From positions 310,001 through 374,000 of the forward strand of contig JAPDFW010000103.1 of the NCBI GenBank assembly GCA_028826165.1: DNA of 64,000 bases. The letters are read 5' to 3'. Within the stretch, counting starts at the first letter, position 1; the number at the start of each line of letters is the position of its first letter. Positions 1 through 13,156 of this stretch are shown in pieces. The translations under genes were made by a program, and so were the position numbers. Source of the DNA: Anaeramoeba ignava BMAN. Its lineage: Eukaryota > Protista > Anaeramoebae. The notes under the pieces were generated by a model. That model was given only the letters and a program-made list of their open reading frames with translations, was not told where the DNA came from and did no database searches.

Positions 1-2242
1 TTTTGTTGATAATTTTGTTGATAATTTTGTTGATAATTTGGATTTCTTCGTGTTATTGTTTCTGTTAATTGTGGTGTAAATCCTGGATAATATGTTTGAG
101 GATAAATTCTTAAATTATCTGGTTCAAATTTTTGTTTGAATTTTCGATATTTTTTTTTTCTGATGTTTTTGTTTTTCTTCTTTTTTTTGGAATAATAATC
201 ACTTGAATCACTTGAATCACTTGAATCATTTGAATCACTTGAGTCATTGAATCACTTGAATATTTATTTTTCTTTTTCTTTTTCTTTTGTTTTTTCTTTT
301 TGTTTTTGTTTTTGTTTTTATTTTCTTTTTCATCTTTTTTTTCATCTTTTTTATCATCTTTTTCATCTTCTTTTTTATCATCTTTTTTATCTTCTTTTTT
401 ATCATCTTTTTGATCTTCTTTTTGATCTTCTTTTTTATCTTCTTTTTGATCATTTTTTTCATCTTCTTTTTGATTATCTTTTTTATCTTCTTTTTTATCT
501 TCTTTTTCTTCATCTTTTTGATTATCTTTTTTATCTTCTTTTTCTTCATCTTTTTTATCATCTTTTTTATCTTCTTTTTCTTCATCTTTTTTATCATCTT
601 TTTCTTTATTTGGTTCAATACTAACAATTTCAATAAAAAATAATAATACTGAATTTGCTGGAATTGTTTTTTTTTCTGATTTTCCATAAGCTAAACTAGG
701 TGGAATTATTAAAAAACGTTTTGAACCAATTTTCATTCCAGTAATTCCTTCACTCCAACCTATTAAAATATTAAATAATTATTATTAATTAAAATATTAA
801 ATAAATATTAAATTATTTTTTTATTATTTTACCTTTGATTGTATTTTTAGAACCAACTTTAAAACGATAATCTTTTCCTTTTTCAAAACTTGAATCAAAA
901 GATTTTCCAATTTTAAAAGAATGAGTTGAATCAACAAGCCAACCTATATAATTCACTTTAACAAAATCTTGAGGATGAACTTCGTTTCCTTCTCCATTTT
1001 GTAGATCAAAAAATTCAATTGAGTTTGTAGGAAATTTAAATGAAATCTTTTGTATTGTTATTATCATTGATAATTGACATGAAAATGAAATGAAATCAGT
1101 CATTGGTTGAATATTTAAAAGCCAAGTTTGTTGATGTTCATCAGAAAATCTAAGAAAATTATCTTTCATCATCTTTAAAATGTGAAGAAAAATATTTTTA
1201 ATTTTAATTTTAAATTTAATTTTGATTTTAATTTTAATTTTAATTTTAATTTTGATTTTAATTTTAATTTTAATTTTAATTTTAATTTTAATTTTAATTT
1301 TAATTTTAATATTAAATTTTAATTTTAATTTTAAATTGAATTTTAATTTTAATTTTAATTTTGGATTTTAATTTTAAATTTTAAATTTTAATTTTGATTT
1401 TAAATTTAATTTTAATTTTAATTTTAATTTTAATTTTAATTTTAATTTTTAATTTTAATTTTAATTTATATTTTAATTTTAATTTTAATTTTAATTTTAA
1501 TTTTTAATTTTAATTTTAATAATTTAAATTTTAATTTTAATTTTAATTTTAAATTTTAATTTTAATTTTAATTTTAATTTTATAAATAAATTTGAATTTT
1601 AATTTTAATTTTAATTTAAATTTAAATTTTAATTTTAATTTTAATTTTTATTTTAATTTTTAATTTTAATTTTGATTTTAATTTTAATTTTAATTTTAAT
1701 TTTAATTTTAATTTTAATTTTGATTTTAATTTTAATTTTAAATTTAATTTTAATTCTAATTCTAATTTTAATTTTAATTTTAATTTTAATTTTAATTTTA
1801 ATTTTAATTTTAATTTTAATTTTATAAATGAATTTTAATTTGAATTTTAATTTTATAAATGAATTTTAATTTTAATTTTAATTTTAATTTTTAATTTATA
1901 TTTTAATTTATATTTTACAATAAATTTTGTGTTTGGAGTAATATTCAAAACGATAATTGGTTTATTCTTATCTTGATAAACAATTAATTGAAAAGTTCTT
2001 TTTTGAAAAGAGAACATAATTAAAGAAGCAACTTTTCCAATCATTTCATAATTTTTAATATTAGGATTATAACGATATAAAGAAGCAACAATAGGATTTA
2101 AAATTAAACTTTGCTGTTGAGGAGATTGTTGTAATTGCGGTTGATTTGAAGGCAAAACATTTGTTGGCTTGTTACTATTTGGTTTTGAAAACAATTCATT
2201 TAAACTTTGACGAGGAGGACTTGCAGAAAACTCACGAGACAT
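1..2242 (-). CDS. FKBP-type peptidyl-prolyl isomerase, FKBP15-like (N-terminal EVH1/PH-like region, FKBP domain, low-complexity tail); 3' end runs out of the window
   Basis: Exons 2242-1919, 1172-833 and 759 onward, joined by GT-AG introns. FKBP motifs VKVNYIGWL, GKSFDSS, IKG|WSEGITGMKIGSKRFLIIPPSLAYG and IPANSVLLFFIEI. An apparent 1-nt frameshift lies near 247, after which another frame stays open to position 1. Confidence 0.85.
1200..1900. repeat. Intronic (AATTTT)n microsatellite
   Basis: Degenerate hexamer array filling FKBP intron 1. The same unit occurs at about 2720-2820, 6660-7065, 9235-9675, 21255-21655, 23100-23430 and 43925-44070. Confidence 0.9.
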
Positions 2243-2419
2243 TGAAAAAAAAGGGATGAAAAAAAAATGAAAAAATGAAAAAATGAAAAAAAAATAAAAA
2301 AATTTTTTTACTTTTCATTTTTTTTCTTTTTTAAAATTCTTTTTTAAAATTCTTTTTTAAATTTCTTTTTTAAATTCTTTTTAAAATTCTTTTTAAATTT
2401 CTTTTTAAAATTCTTTTTA

Positions 2420-5400
2420 ATGACTTCTGAACTTTTTTATAAAGGTTGGTTAAGGAAATTTGTTAAACAAAAAATTAAATCTCATTGGGATATTCGTAAA
2501 TTTGAATTGTTTCGAGAAGAGTTAATATATTCTGCTGTATCTTATAGAGCTGTAAGTTTTGAATACTCCAATATATCAATTTTTTTATTTATTTTATTTA
2601 TTTTTTTTATTTTTTTTTTCCTCATTTTCCTTTTTTTTTTTGCTTTTTAAAAAATTTTTTTTAATTATAAAATGACATTCAATCAAATTCCAACATTAAA
2701 ATCAAAACCAATTATTTTTAATTTAATTTTAATTTTAATATTAATTTAATTTTAATTTTAATTTTAATTTTAATTTTAATTTTAATTTTAATTTTAATTT
2801 TAATTTTAATTTTAATTTTAAAAAAAAGGAAATAAATGATAAAAAAATTCTTGGTGATTCAAAGGCAAAGTTTTATGAAGCAGTCGAACAAGCAAACTTG
2901 AAAAAATCAGATTTAACAATTATAAAAAAGAAAGATATTCGAAAAAGAATTAAAGTTAGTGAAATTGAAAAAGTTAATTTCGAACTTAATGGTGTTAAAA
3001 ATAGAAACTTTCCTAAAAAAAATCAAATGGAAAGATGTTTTACAATTGAAACAAAGAAAAGAACATATGTTGTTCAGGCTCAAGTTTGCAACCATTAATT
3101 AAATATTTAATATAATATTTAATTTAATATTTAATTTAATATTTATTTTAATATTTATTTTAATATTTAATATAATATTTAATATAATATTTATTTTAAT
3201 ATTTATTTTAATATTTATTTTAATATTTATTTTAATATTTATTTTAATATTTATTTTAATATTTAATTCAATATTTAATTTAATATTTATTTAATGTTTA
3301 TTTTAATATTTATTTTAATATTTATTTTAATATTTAATATAATATTTAATTTAATATTTATTTTAATATTTATTTTAATATTTATTTTAATATTTATTAT
3401 AATATTTTAATTTAATATTTAATTTAATATTTATTATAATATTTAATTTAATATTTATTTTAATATTTATTTTAATATTTAATATAATATTTATTTTAAT
3501 ATTTATTTTAATATTTAATTTTAATATTTATTTTAATATTTATTTTTAATATTTATTTTAATATTTAATTTTAATATTTATTTCAATATTTAATTTAATA
3601 TTTATTTTAATATTTATTTTAATATTTATTTTAATATTTATTTTAATATTTATTTTAATATTTATTTTAATATTTATTTTAATATTTAATTTAATATTTA
3701 TTTTAATATTTATTTTAATATTTATTTCAATATTTATTTTAATATTTAATATTTATTATAATATTTATTTTAATATTTATTTTAATATTTATTTTAATAT
3801 TTATTTTAATATTTAATTTAATATTTAAATGTTTATTCCAACAAAAAAAAGGATGAAAATTCATTATTATTTTGGGCTTATGCTTTTCAAGATGTTGGAA
3901 TAAGTGTTAACAAAAAAAATTTATTAATCAACGGAATGCGTTGTTCAGGAAAAAAACCACCTATGAAACCAATTTTTCAAATTCCTTCAATAAAAATGGA
4001 TTTCAAATTGGTTCAAAAAAGAGTTTCTGAAAAAATTTTATCAACAATTGTTGTTACAAGAATTCCCCAACAAATCAATACTCAAGAAATTGTAGATATT
4101 TTTCAACGAGAAGATTTAAAAGTTTTAAGATCAAAACAGTAATTTTTATTTGCAAAAAATTTTTTTCTTCTTAATTTCTTAATTTAATTCCAATTTTTTT
4201 GTTATTCAAAAAAAAATATAGTATTTTCTCTTCAAATCTCAAAAAATGGATTGTTTTTGAGTTTGAAAATTTTGACAAAGCAACTTTAGCAATGCAATAT
4301 ATTCGCAAACTAAAAAAAATAGGGAATGATTCTGTTCATTTTTATAGTTTTTTACCACTAGTACATTTCTATTCAAAATATATTAAATATATAATTAAAT
4401 TTATAATTAAATTTATAATTATATTTATAATTAGATTTATAATTATATTTATAATTAAATTTATAATTAAATATATAATTAAATTTATAATTAAATATAT
4501 AATTAAATTTATAATTAAATTTATAATTAAATTTATAATTATATTTATAATTAAATTTATAATTATATTTATAATTAAATTTATAATTAAATTTATAATT
4601 AAATTTATAATTAAATTTATAATTAAATTTATAATTAAATTTATAATTAAATTTATAATTAAATTTATAATTAAATTTATAATTAAAATTTATAATTAAA
4701 TTTATAATTAAATTTATAATTAAATTTATAATTAAATTTATAATTAAATTTATAATCAAATTTTATAATTATATTTATATCAAATTTATAATTACATTTC
4801 TATTCAAAAAATATATAATTAAATATATAATTAAATATAATTAAATTTATAATTAAATTTATAATTAAATTTATAATTAAATTTATAATTAAATTTATAA
4901 TTAAATTTATAATTAAATTTATAATTAAATTTATAATTAAATTTATAATTAAATATATAATTAAATTTATAATTAAATTTATAATTAAATTTATAATTAA
5001 ATTTATAATTAAATATAATTAAATATGAATTAAATTTATAATTAAATTTATAATTAAATTTATAATTATATTTATAATTATATTTATAATTATATTTATA
5101 ATCATATTTATAATTAAATATATAATTAAATTTATAATTAATTTTATAATTAAATTTATAATTAAATTTATATCAAATTTATAATTAAATTTATAATTAA
5201 ATTTATAATTAAATATATAATTAAATTTATAATTATATTTATAATTAAATTTATAATTAAATTTATAATTAAATTTATAATTAAATATATAATTAAATTT
5301 ATAATTAAATTTATAATTAAATATATAATTAAATTTATAATTAATTTTATAATTAAATTTATAATTAAATTTATATCAAAATTTATAATTATATTTTATA

Positions 5401-7232
5401 TCAAAATTTATATCAAAAATTTATAATTAAATTTATAATTAAATTTATATCAAAAATTTATAATTATATTTATATCAAAATTTATAATTAAATTTATAAT
5501 TAAATTTATAATTAAATTTATAATTAAATATATAATTAAATATATAATTAAATTTATAATTAAATTTATAATTAAATTTATAATTAAATTTATAATTAAA
5601 TTTATAATTAAATTTATAATTAAATTTATAATTAAATTTATAATTAAATTTATAATTAAATTTATAATTAAATTTATAATTAAATTTATAATTAAATTTA
5701 TAATTAAATTTATAATTAAATTTATAATTAAATATATAATTAAATTTATAATTAAATTTATAATTAAATTTATAATTAAATTTATAATTAAATATATAAT
5801 TAAATATATAATTAAATTTATAATTAAATTTATAATTAAATTTATATCAAAATTTATATCAAAATTTATAATTATATTTATATCAAAATTTATATCAAAA
5901 TTTATAATTAAATTTATAATTAAATTTATATCAAAATTTATAATTATATTTATATCAAAATTTATAATTAAATTTATAATTAAATTTATAATTATATTTA
6001 TAATTAAATTTATAATTATATTTATAATTAAATTTATAATTATATTTATAATTAAATTTATAAAAAAAGTGTACTTTGGATAATTTTTCAGATCTAAAAG
6101 AAGATCCAAATAAACCCAAAGAGGATTGTTTCTTTGTTTATTTAATATATGATGATGGTGATGTATTTGAAATTGAAACATCAGCTCAAGAAAGAATATC
6201 AGATGTTTGTTTTAAAAAAAACCATAAAACAAATTCAGAATAATCTTTTTTTTTGGATTAGATTTATAAAAAAATTGGAAGAAAAATAGGAGATACAACA
6301 ATAATTAAACCTTTAGATGAAAGTCAACCTACTTTTATAGTATGGCCATCATTTTTTCCTCATCAATTTTTATCAGAATCTGTTGCATTTGTTTCTTCAA
6401 CTAAACTTATGCAAGTTTATAATTTTTATATCAAATGAATTCTAATTTATCAAGTTATTTAACAAAAATTTTCATTTTATTTAATATTTTCACAAAAAAT
6501 AGGCCTCAAATGAAAGAATCTCAAAAAATTTATGCTTATATTTTATTTACTGGTGCTAAAACATTTTTTGAAATTAAAAGTTTAACAACAAAAAAAGATG
6601 CTTTTATAGCAATTCAACAACAAACTGATATTTCAATAGAGAAACAACTGTATTTTAATTTATATTTTAATTTTTATTTTAATTTTAATTTTAATTTTAA
6701 TTTAATTTTAATTTTAATTTTAATTTTAATTTTAATTTTAATATTAATTTTAATTTTAATTTTAATTTTAATTTTAATTTTAATTTTAATTTTAATTTTA
6801 ATTTTAATATTTATATTAATTTTAATTTTAATTTTAATATTAATTTGAATATTAATTTTTATTTTTGATTTTAATTTTAATTTTAATTTTAATTTTAATT
6901 TTAATTTTAATTTTAATTTTAATTTTAATTTTAATTTTAATTTTAATTTTAATTTTAATTTTAATTTTAATTTTAATTTAATTTTAATTTTAATTTTAAT
7001 TTTAATTTTAATTTTAATTGAATTTTAATTTTAATTTTAATTTTAATTTTAATTTTAATTTTAATTTAGTTGGGTTTGGCCTGGTGGTTTTATGCGTTTT
7101 AATTCTAATGAAAGTTTTTTTGGAGATTCAATTCCAAAAAACCTTTATCTTTTTAAAATTAAAAAACCAAAAAATTTACAAAATAATAATCAAATGAACG
7201 AAAATATTCAAAATATAGATAGTGATAATTAA
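2420..7232 (+). CDS. PH-domain plus RRM-like protein (about 8 exons)
   Basis: PH motifs YKGWLRK...WDIRKFEL, CFTIETKKRTYVVQAQ|DENSLLFWAYAF. RRM-like TIVVTRIP...WIVFEFENFDKATLAM. Approximate exons 2420-2551, 2829-3084, 3852-4138, 4222-4360, 6091-6204, 6262-6413, 6503-6648, 7070-7232. Confidence 0.65.
3100..3830. repeat. Intronic (AATATTTATTTT)n 12-mer array
   Basis: Directly visible tandem array inside a GT-AG intron. Confidence 0.9.
4380..6060. repeat. Intronic (AAATTTATAATT)n 12-mer array
   Basis: About 1.7-kb array. Related arrays occur at 20090-20965 and, as the reverse complement, at 63020-63200 and 63425-64000. Confidence 0.9.
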
Positions 7233-7466
7233 AATTAATCTAGAAAATAAGAAAATCAAGAAGCAAAGTTTAAAATAATTCAAAATTTTCTTTTTCTTCT
7301 TTTTTTTTGAAAGAAAGAGTTTTCTATTCAAATCAGTAAATCTTTTTTTTTTCTTTTTTTTTTTTTCTTAAAATTTTCAAAATGGAAAATAAATGCTATT
7401 CAACTTAAATCACAATTTTCGTTGCACATTTTATTGAATTTTTTTTTAAAGTTTTGTTTTTTGTTT

Positions 7467-8674
7467 TCAATCAATATTTTCAGAATTCATTAATCTTTCT
7501 GTTATACGTTCCATTTGAATCACTTGTTCTTTTATTTTGAAATTAAATATTTAATTTGGAAAATATTTAATTTAATTAATATTTAATTTGGAAAATATTT
7601 AATTTGATAAATATTTATTTTGGAAAATATTTAATTTAATAAATATTTAATTTGGAAAATATTTAATTTGGAAAATATTTAATTTGATAAATATTTATTT
7701 TGATAAATGTATTATTTACTTTGTGATTTTTTTGCTGGAAGTTCAAAAATAGAAACAAAACAAAATGAAGCCATAACTTCACCAATAATAATATAACAAA
7801 GAAAATAAGCCTCATTTGAAGAAGTATTTTTATCCAAAGAATATAAAGCTAAAAGTGGAATACGAACAACAAAACAAATTAAACAAAGAATAACACCAAT
7901 TAAAAGCCTTTTAAGTGATTTATGAAGAGCTAAAACTTGCAATTTGGGAATAGAAGTCATTTTAAATAAATGAAAAGAATAAATTAAAATTCCGATTGAA
8001 GCAAGAATAAAAACTATAGTTTCAAATAAACGATCCCATCTTCTGTTTACTCCTGTATAAGAAACAATTAAAGAAAGTGAAATAATAACCATAACAACAA
8101 CTAAAAGAAACACCCATTTTAGTTTCCGATTTCTCGATTTTAATTGTGAATTTGAAAGTGTTGAGATCTCGTTCCGTATTTGCCCTCTTAATTCATTATT
8201 AAATTAAAATTCAGAATTAAATTCAAATTCAAAATCATAATCAAATTCAAAATCAAATTCAAAATCAAAATATTATTTACAACCAGAAAATTAATAGAAA
8301 ATATGCAGAAAAGTAAAAAGCAAAATCAAAAATCCATAAAAAAATAACAATAGTTGAAGATTTTCGAGTATCTTCAAAAAAGGAAATTATTAATGCTATT
8401 AAAACAATTCTAGGAAATAGCTCCAATAAGAATTAAAAGAAACATAAACTATTTTTTTCCAAATAATCAAAAAAATAAATCAAAAAAATAAATTGAAAAA
8501 ATAAATTGAAAAAATAATCAAAAAAATAAATTGAAAAAATAAATTTATTACCTTTTGATATTTATAAGAAATTGAATAACGTTGAAATAATAAACTTAAC
8601 CGGATAATAATATAAATTCCAAATATTGAAAAAAATGATAATTGAATAATATCAACAACTACTGAAGGAATCAT
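7467..8674 (-). CDS. Multi-pass (about 7TM) membrane protein, possibly TOM1/THH1/GPR137-like
   Basis: Exons 8674-8552, 8448-8281, about 8186-7720 and 7528-7467 encode successive hydrophobic helices. The model needs one 1-nt correction near 8417 (GCT ATT TCC TAG versus GCT ATT CCT AGA). Confidence 0.55.
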
Positions 8675-8823
8675 TTTTAATTTTTAATTTTTAATTTTTA
8701 AATAAAGAAATAAGGAAATAAATGAAAAAATGAAAAAATGAAAAAAAAAATTTAATTTCCATTTTTTAATTTTTCATTTTTCTTTTCACAATTTTTTTGC
8801 TTTGATTATTTTAAAAAGAGAAA

Positions 8824-11800
8824 ATGACAGGTTTATTTTTTAAATTTATTAATTAAATCAGAATTCTTATTTAAAACTCCTTTTTTATTTAAATTTTTTT
8901 TTTAAAAAAAAGAAATTGAATCAGATGAATGGAATGAACAAAAAATTACAAGTTCAGAAACAAATCCAAAACAACAAAGCGAAATTGAAACTCAAGGATT
9001 TGAAACTATAGATGAAGATGAAGATGAAAAAAAAAATAAAAATAATAATAATAATAACAAAGATGAAATTGAACTTGAAAATGAAAATGAACTTGAAATT
9101 GAAGATGATAATCATTCAGAAAATTTTGAAAATCATCAAAAAGAATTACTTTCTAAAACTAAAGCAATAAATGAAACAGAAAAAAAAACACTTCCAAAAA
9201 AACCATTTAAAATTATTATTAAAGATATAAGTGTAAAAATTAAAATTAAAATCAAAATTAAAATTAAAATCAAAATTAAAATCAAAATAAAAATTAAAAT
9301 TAAAATTCATTTATAAAATTAAAATCAAAATTAAAATTAAAATTAAAATTAAAATTAAAATTAAAATTAAAATTAAAATTAAAATTAAAATTTAAATTAA
9401 AATTAAAATTAAAATTAAAATTAAAATTAAAATTAAAAATAAAATTAAAATTTAAAATTAAAATTAAAAATTAAAATTAAAATTAAAAATTAAAATTAAA
9501 ATTAAAATTAAAATTAATATTAAATTTAAAATTAAAATTAAAATTTAAAATTAAAATTAAAATTAAAATTTAAATTAAAATCAAAATTAAAATTAAAATT
9601 AAAATTAAAATTTAAATTAAAATTAAAATTAATATTTAAAATTAAAATTAAAATTTATATTAAAATTAAAATTAAAAAAAGATTCAAAATTGTGAAATGC
9701 CTTCTCTTGCTCTTTCTTTCTTTTTTGAAAGAATTTTAAATGAAAAAGATTTAAAATCAAACCAAAAACGATTTACAATTCAAGAAGGAAAAGCTTTTAA
9801 AACTCATTCTTTAAAAAACATTAAAGGTTTTGGAAAATTTACAAATGAATTTATAAGAGAAGTTGAATTTTCATATGAAGATTTAAAGAATTATAATTTA
9901 GTCATTTCTGTATTTTTTATTAAAATTTAAAATTTAAAATTAAATATTAATATTAAAAATTTTTTTGGATGAAGTTATTAACAAAAAAATGTACTGGATA
10001 TAGCAAAGAATCACATGGAGAAGCTAGAATTAATCTTTTTGATTTGGCTAATGGAAATATACATCAAACAATTAATACAAAAATTTATACATCAGAAAAT
10101 AAAGAATCAAATGAAATCACATCAGAAGTTACATTTTTATGTTATTTTCAAGAAATATTTGTTTTTCATTTACATTTTTATGATTGGTTTGGCCAAAATT
10201 TACTTCCTGCAAATGAAAATGGAACATCCGATCCTTTTATTACTTTTGAAATCAAAAAAACAAGTAGTAAATTTTGGAAAAAAAATCAATTTAATAATCA
10301 TTGCAAATCAAATTTTATCCCAAATACATTAAATCCAAAATGGGATGATGTTGGCGAGATTACTTTTCAAGGAATATTAAGTGAACTTCAAAAAGAACAA
10401 ATTTCTTGTGTTATTTATGATTGGGAGTATGATGATCTCTTTATTTAATTTAAAAATTTAAAATTTAAAATTTAAAATTTAAAAATTTATAATTAAATCA
10501 AATTAAAATGAAAAGTCCAAAAACAAAACCAACACAAATTGGAAAATGCCAAATTGAATTACGAGGTTTTTCAAGTTCCGGAATTTTAGCATCACCATTA
10601 GTTTTAGGAATAGAATCAAAAGATCCCCAAACAAATAAACCAATGAATAAAGATACACCAGCAGGATTTATTCAAGGATTTGTTGAAATGAAAGAAATTT
10701 CGCCTCATCAACAATTTGGATCAGAAATTCCATTAAAAGAAAATGAAAAATATCTTGGAATTGAAATAAAAGATGCTGTTGATCTCATTTCAACTGATGA
10801 TAATGGGCTTACAGATGCTTATGTTATTGTAGAATGGGGTGGATTTCAACAAAAAACTCGAGTTATTGAAAAAACTTTGAATCCTGTTTTTAATGAGAAA
10901 ATTTATTTCACTCTTAATTTGCCAAGTTTTACCGAACAAAGTATTGCCGATAAAGGAAATATTAAATTTAATCTTTTTGATAGAGATGAATTTGGTGATG
11001 ATTTTATTGGATTTGCTTTTTTGGAATTGTATAAAATTACTCAATCTCCAAAGGAAAAAATTGATTCAAATCGTACGATAATTTTTATTCATTTAAAAAT
11101 TTATTCCGAAAATTAATTTGAAAAATTTATTCCATTTTTATAGTCCAAAAGCATAAAACTATCTTAACAAATGTTTTAACTGCACCTCTCAAACTCATCA
11201 AAAATGGAGAACTCACAAACCAAACTTTAAACGTTAGAGTTTGGTTTCAACCTAGTTTACCAGATTCATTTAAACTTAAAAATGTTAATCCGTTCGGAAC
11301 AAAAATCCCTTTAAATGAAAAATTTCGAAGAAGAGAATTTGAATGGAAAAAATACATTCCAAAAGAAAGTCTGAAACAAGGAAATTATCAGATTTTTGGA
11401 ACAGATGAAAATTATTCAGAACATCTTTTATCTTCGTATATCACAAGAACAGTTATTCCCCAAGAATTACGGAACATTCAAACATTATTCCGATTTGTTC
11501 GACTTTTTCCATTTGAAGAAGATGAGAAATCTTTTAACGGAAGATCGGATGTATTTTGCAGTCAAAACTTCTTTTTAAGAATGATGAAAGGATCAATAGA
11601 AGAACATGCAGTTTTGCTTGCAAATTTGTTGCTTGGAATTGATATGGATGCTTATCTTTGCGTTGGAAAAAGATACAATGGAAATTATCATTTTTGGGTC
11701 ATGACTTTAAATGATGACAAAACAGTTTCCTTTTATGAAACCTTAACAGGAAAGCAATATCTTCTTCCCGAAAGATGGGAAGGAAAAGAAACTTCTTCTG

Positions 11801-12756
11801 ATAGTTTTTTAACAGAACTTGATTTGGATTCAAACACAGAATCAAACACAAACAAAGTGGAGCAAAAAGTGATATTAACAGATATAGAATTCCAAACAAC
11901 AGACATAGGAACAGATTCAGAATCAAAAAACAAGAAAAAGAATAATAATAAGAATAAGAATAATAATAATAATAAGAATAATAATAATGAACAAGAACTT
12001 GAACTAGTTTCTGATTCTGAAAAAAATCAAAATGATAAAAAAAATAATTCTGTTTTTGACCAAGATTTGGTTCCTTATAAAACAATCGAAATTGTTGCAA
12101 ATTCAAAAAATCTTTGGGGAAATGCTCAAAATTCATTGGATCCAAGAAAAATTCATTACAATCTTAAAATGTCAAAAGATTGGGTTCCATTTATTGTTGA
12201 TGATTTATTTTCTGAATTGGAAACTTTTTTTTATCCTATTCAATTCGGACATAAATTATCCGAATCACGAGCAAAAATTATTGAGGAAAAAATCCATAAA
12301 GATTTAATTGACTCATTTACAAATTGGAGAAAGAATTCAAATTTAGAAACAGAATTCTTATCAAGCATGACATCAGTAATACATGAAGGACTTCCTTACT
12401 TTGAAAAAGTGGAATTGAAAGCAATCGAAGCTGAAGATGCTCATAATCACTCTTTATGGAAAGGAAAGCTTAGTTCTTTAGTTCCAAGTGGATATTCTTT
12501 TGAAGCCGCTCCTGTTAATTTTAATTATATTGATTCAGAAAAAATTTGGAGATTTTTATCAGAAAATTTTGATTTCCATAAAGAATTTAATCCAAATGTT
12601 AAATTTGCTCTTGGTGTTTTTCTTCAACCTTATTATAATTCTGTTTCTTCTCTTTGGGTTTTTATTTCCAAAATGATTCCTAAAATTGATAAGAAATTAA
12701 ATGAAGAGAAATCAAGAATTAATACAAAAAAGAGCAAAAACAAGAAGAAAAAATAA
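8824..12756 (+). CDS. Multi-C2-domain protein with a CEP76/CC2D2A-type transglutaminase-like C-terminal domain
   Basis: C2 motifs NLLPANENGTSDPFI...TLNPKW and DLISTDDNGLTDAYV...TLNPVFNE...FDRDEFGDDFIG. CEP76/CC2D2A-like GSIEEHAVLLANLLLG.DAYLCVG...HFWVMT...FYETLTG and NSKNLWGNAQ. First exon is ATGACAG|GT at 8824. Confidence 0.75.
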
Positions 12757-13099
12757 ATTCAATTTTAAATTAAATTAAATTAAATTAATTCAAATTAAAT
12801 CAAATAATCAAATAATTAAATAAGAATTTAACTTAATTTTAAATAAGAAATTAATCAAATAATTAAATCAAATTAAATTAAATCAAATTAAATCAAATTA
12901 AATTAATTCAAATTAAATCAAATTAAATCAAATTAAATCAAATCAAATAATCAAATCAAATTAAATTAAATTAAATTAAATTAAATTAAATTAATTAATT
13001 AAATAATTAAATCAAATTAAATCCAATTCAATTAATTAAATTATCAAATAAGAATTTAACTTAAATTTTTTTTTCCAAACAATTCAAAAAATAAAAAAA

Positions 13100-13140
13100 T
13101 TTTTTTTCATTTTTTCATTTTTTTCATTTTTTTTCATTTT
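13100..13140 (+). promoter_or_regulatory. Tandem TCATTTT initiator-like motif upstream of CRM1
   Basis: Four TTTTCATTTT copies end about 17 nt before the ATG. The same motif precedes most genes in sense orientation. Confidence 0.55.
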
Positions 13141-13156
13141 AAAAAAAAAAATTTAA

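Noticed and set aside
4199-6181. Long ORFs of FIIK, INLI, NYKF, IKIK and ILIL repeats (also at 23087, 26579, 36087, 37474, 45464, 52236 and 63345)
   Set aside because: They are stop-free readings of intronic AT microsatellites, or off-frame and antisense readings of NQ repeats. They lie within GT-AG introns or overlap real genes.
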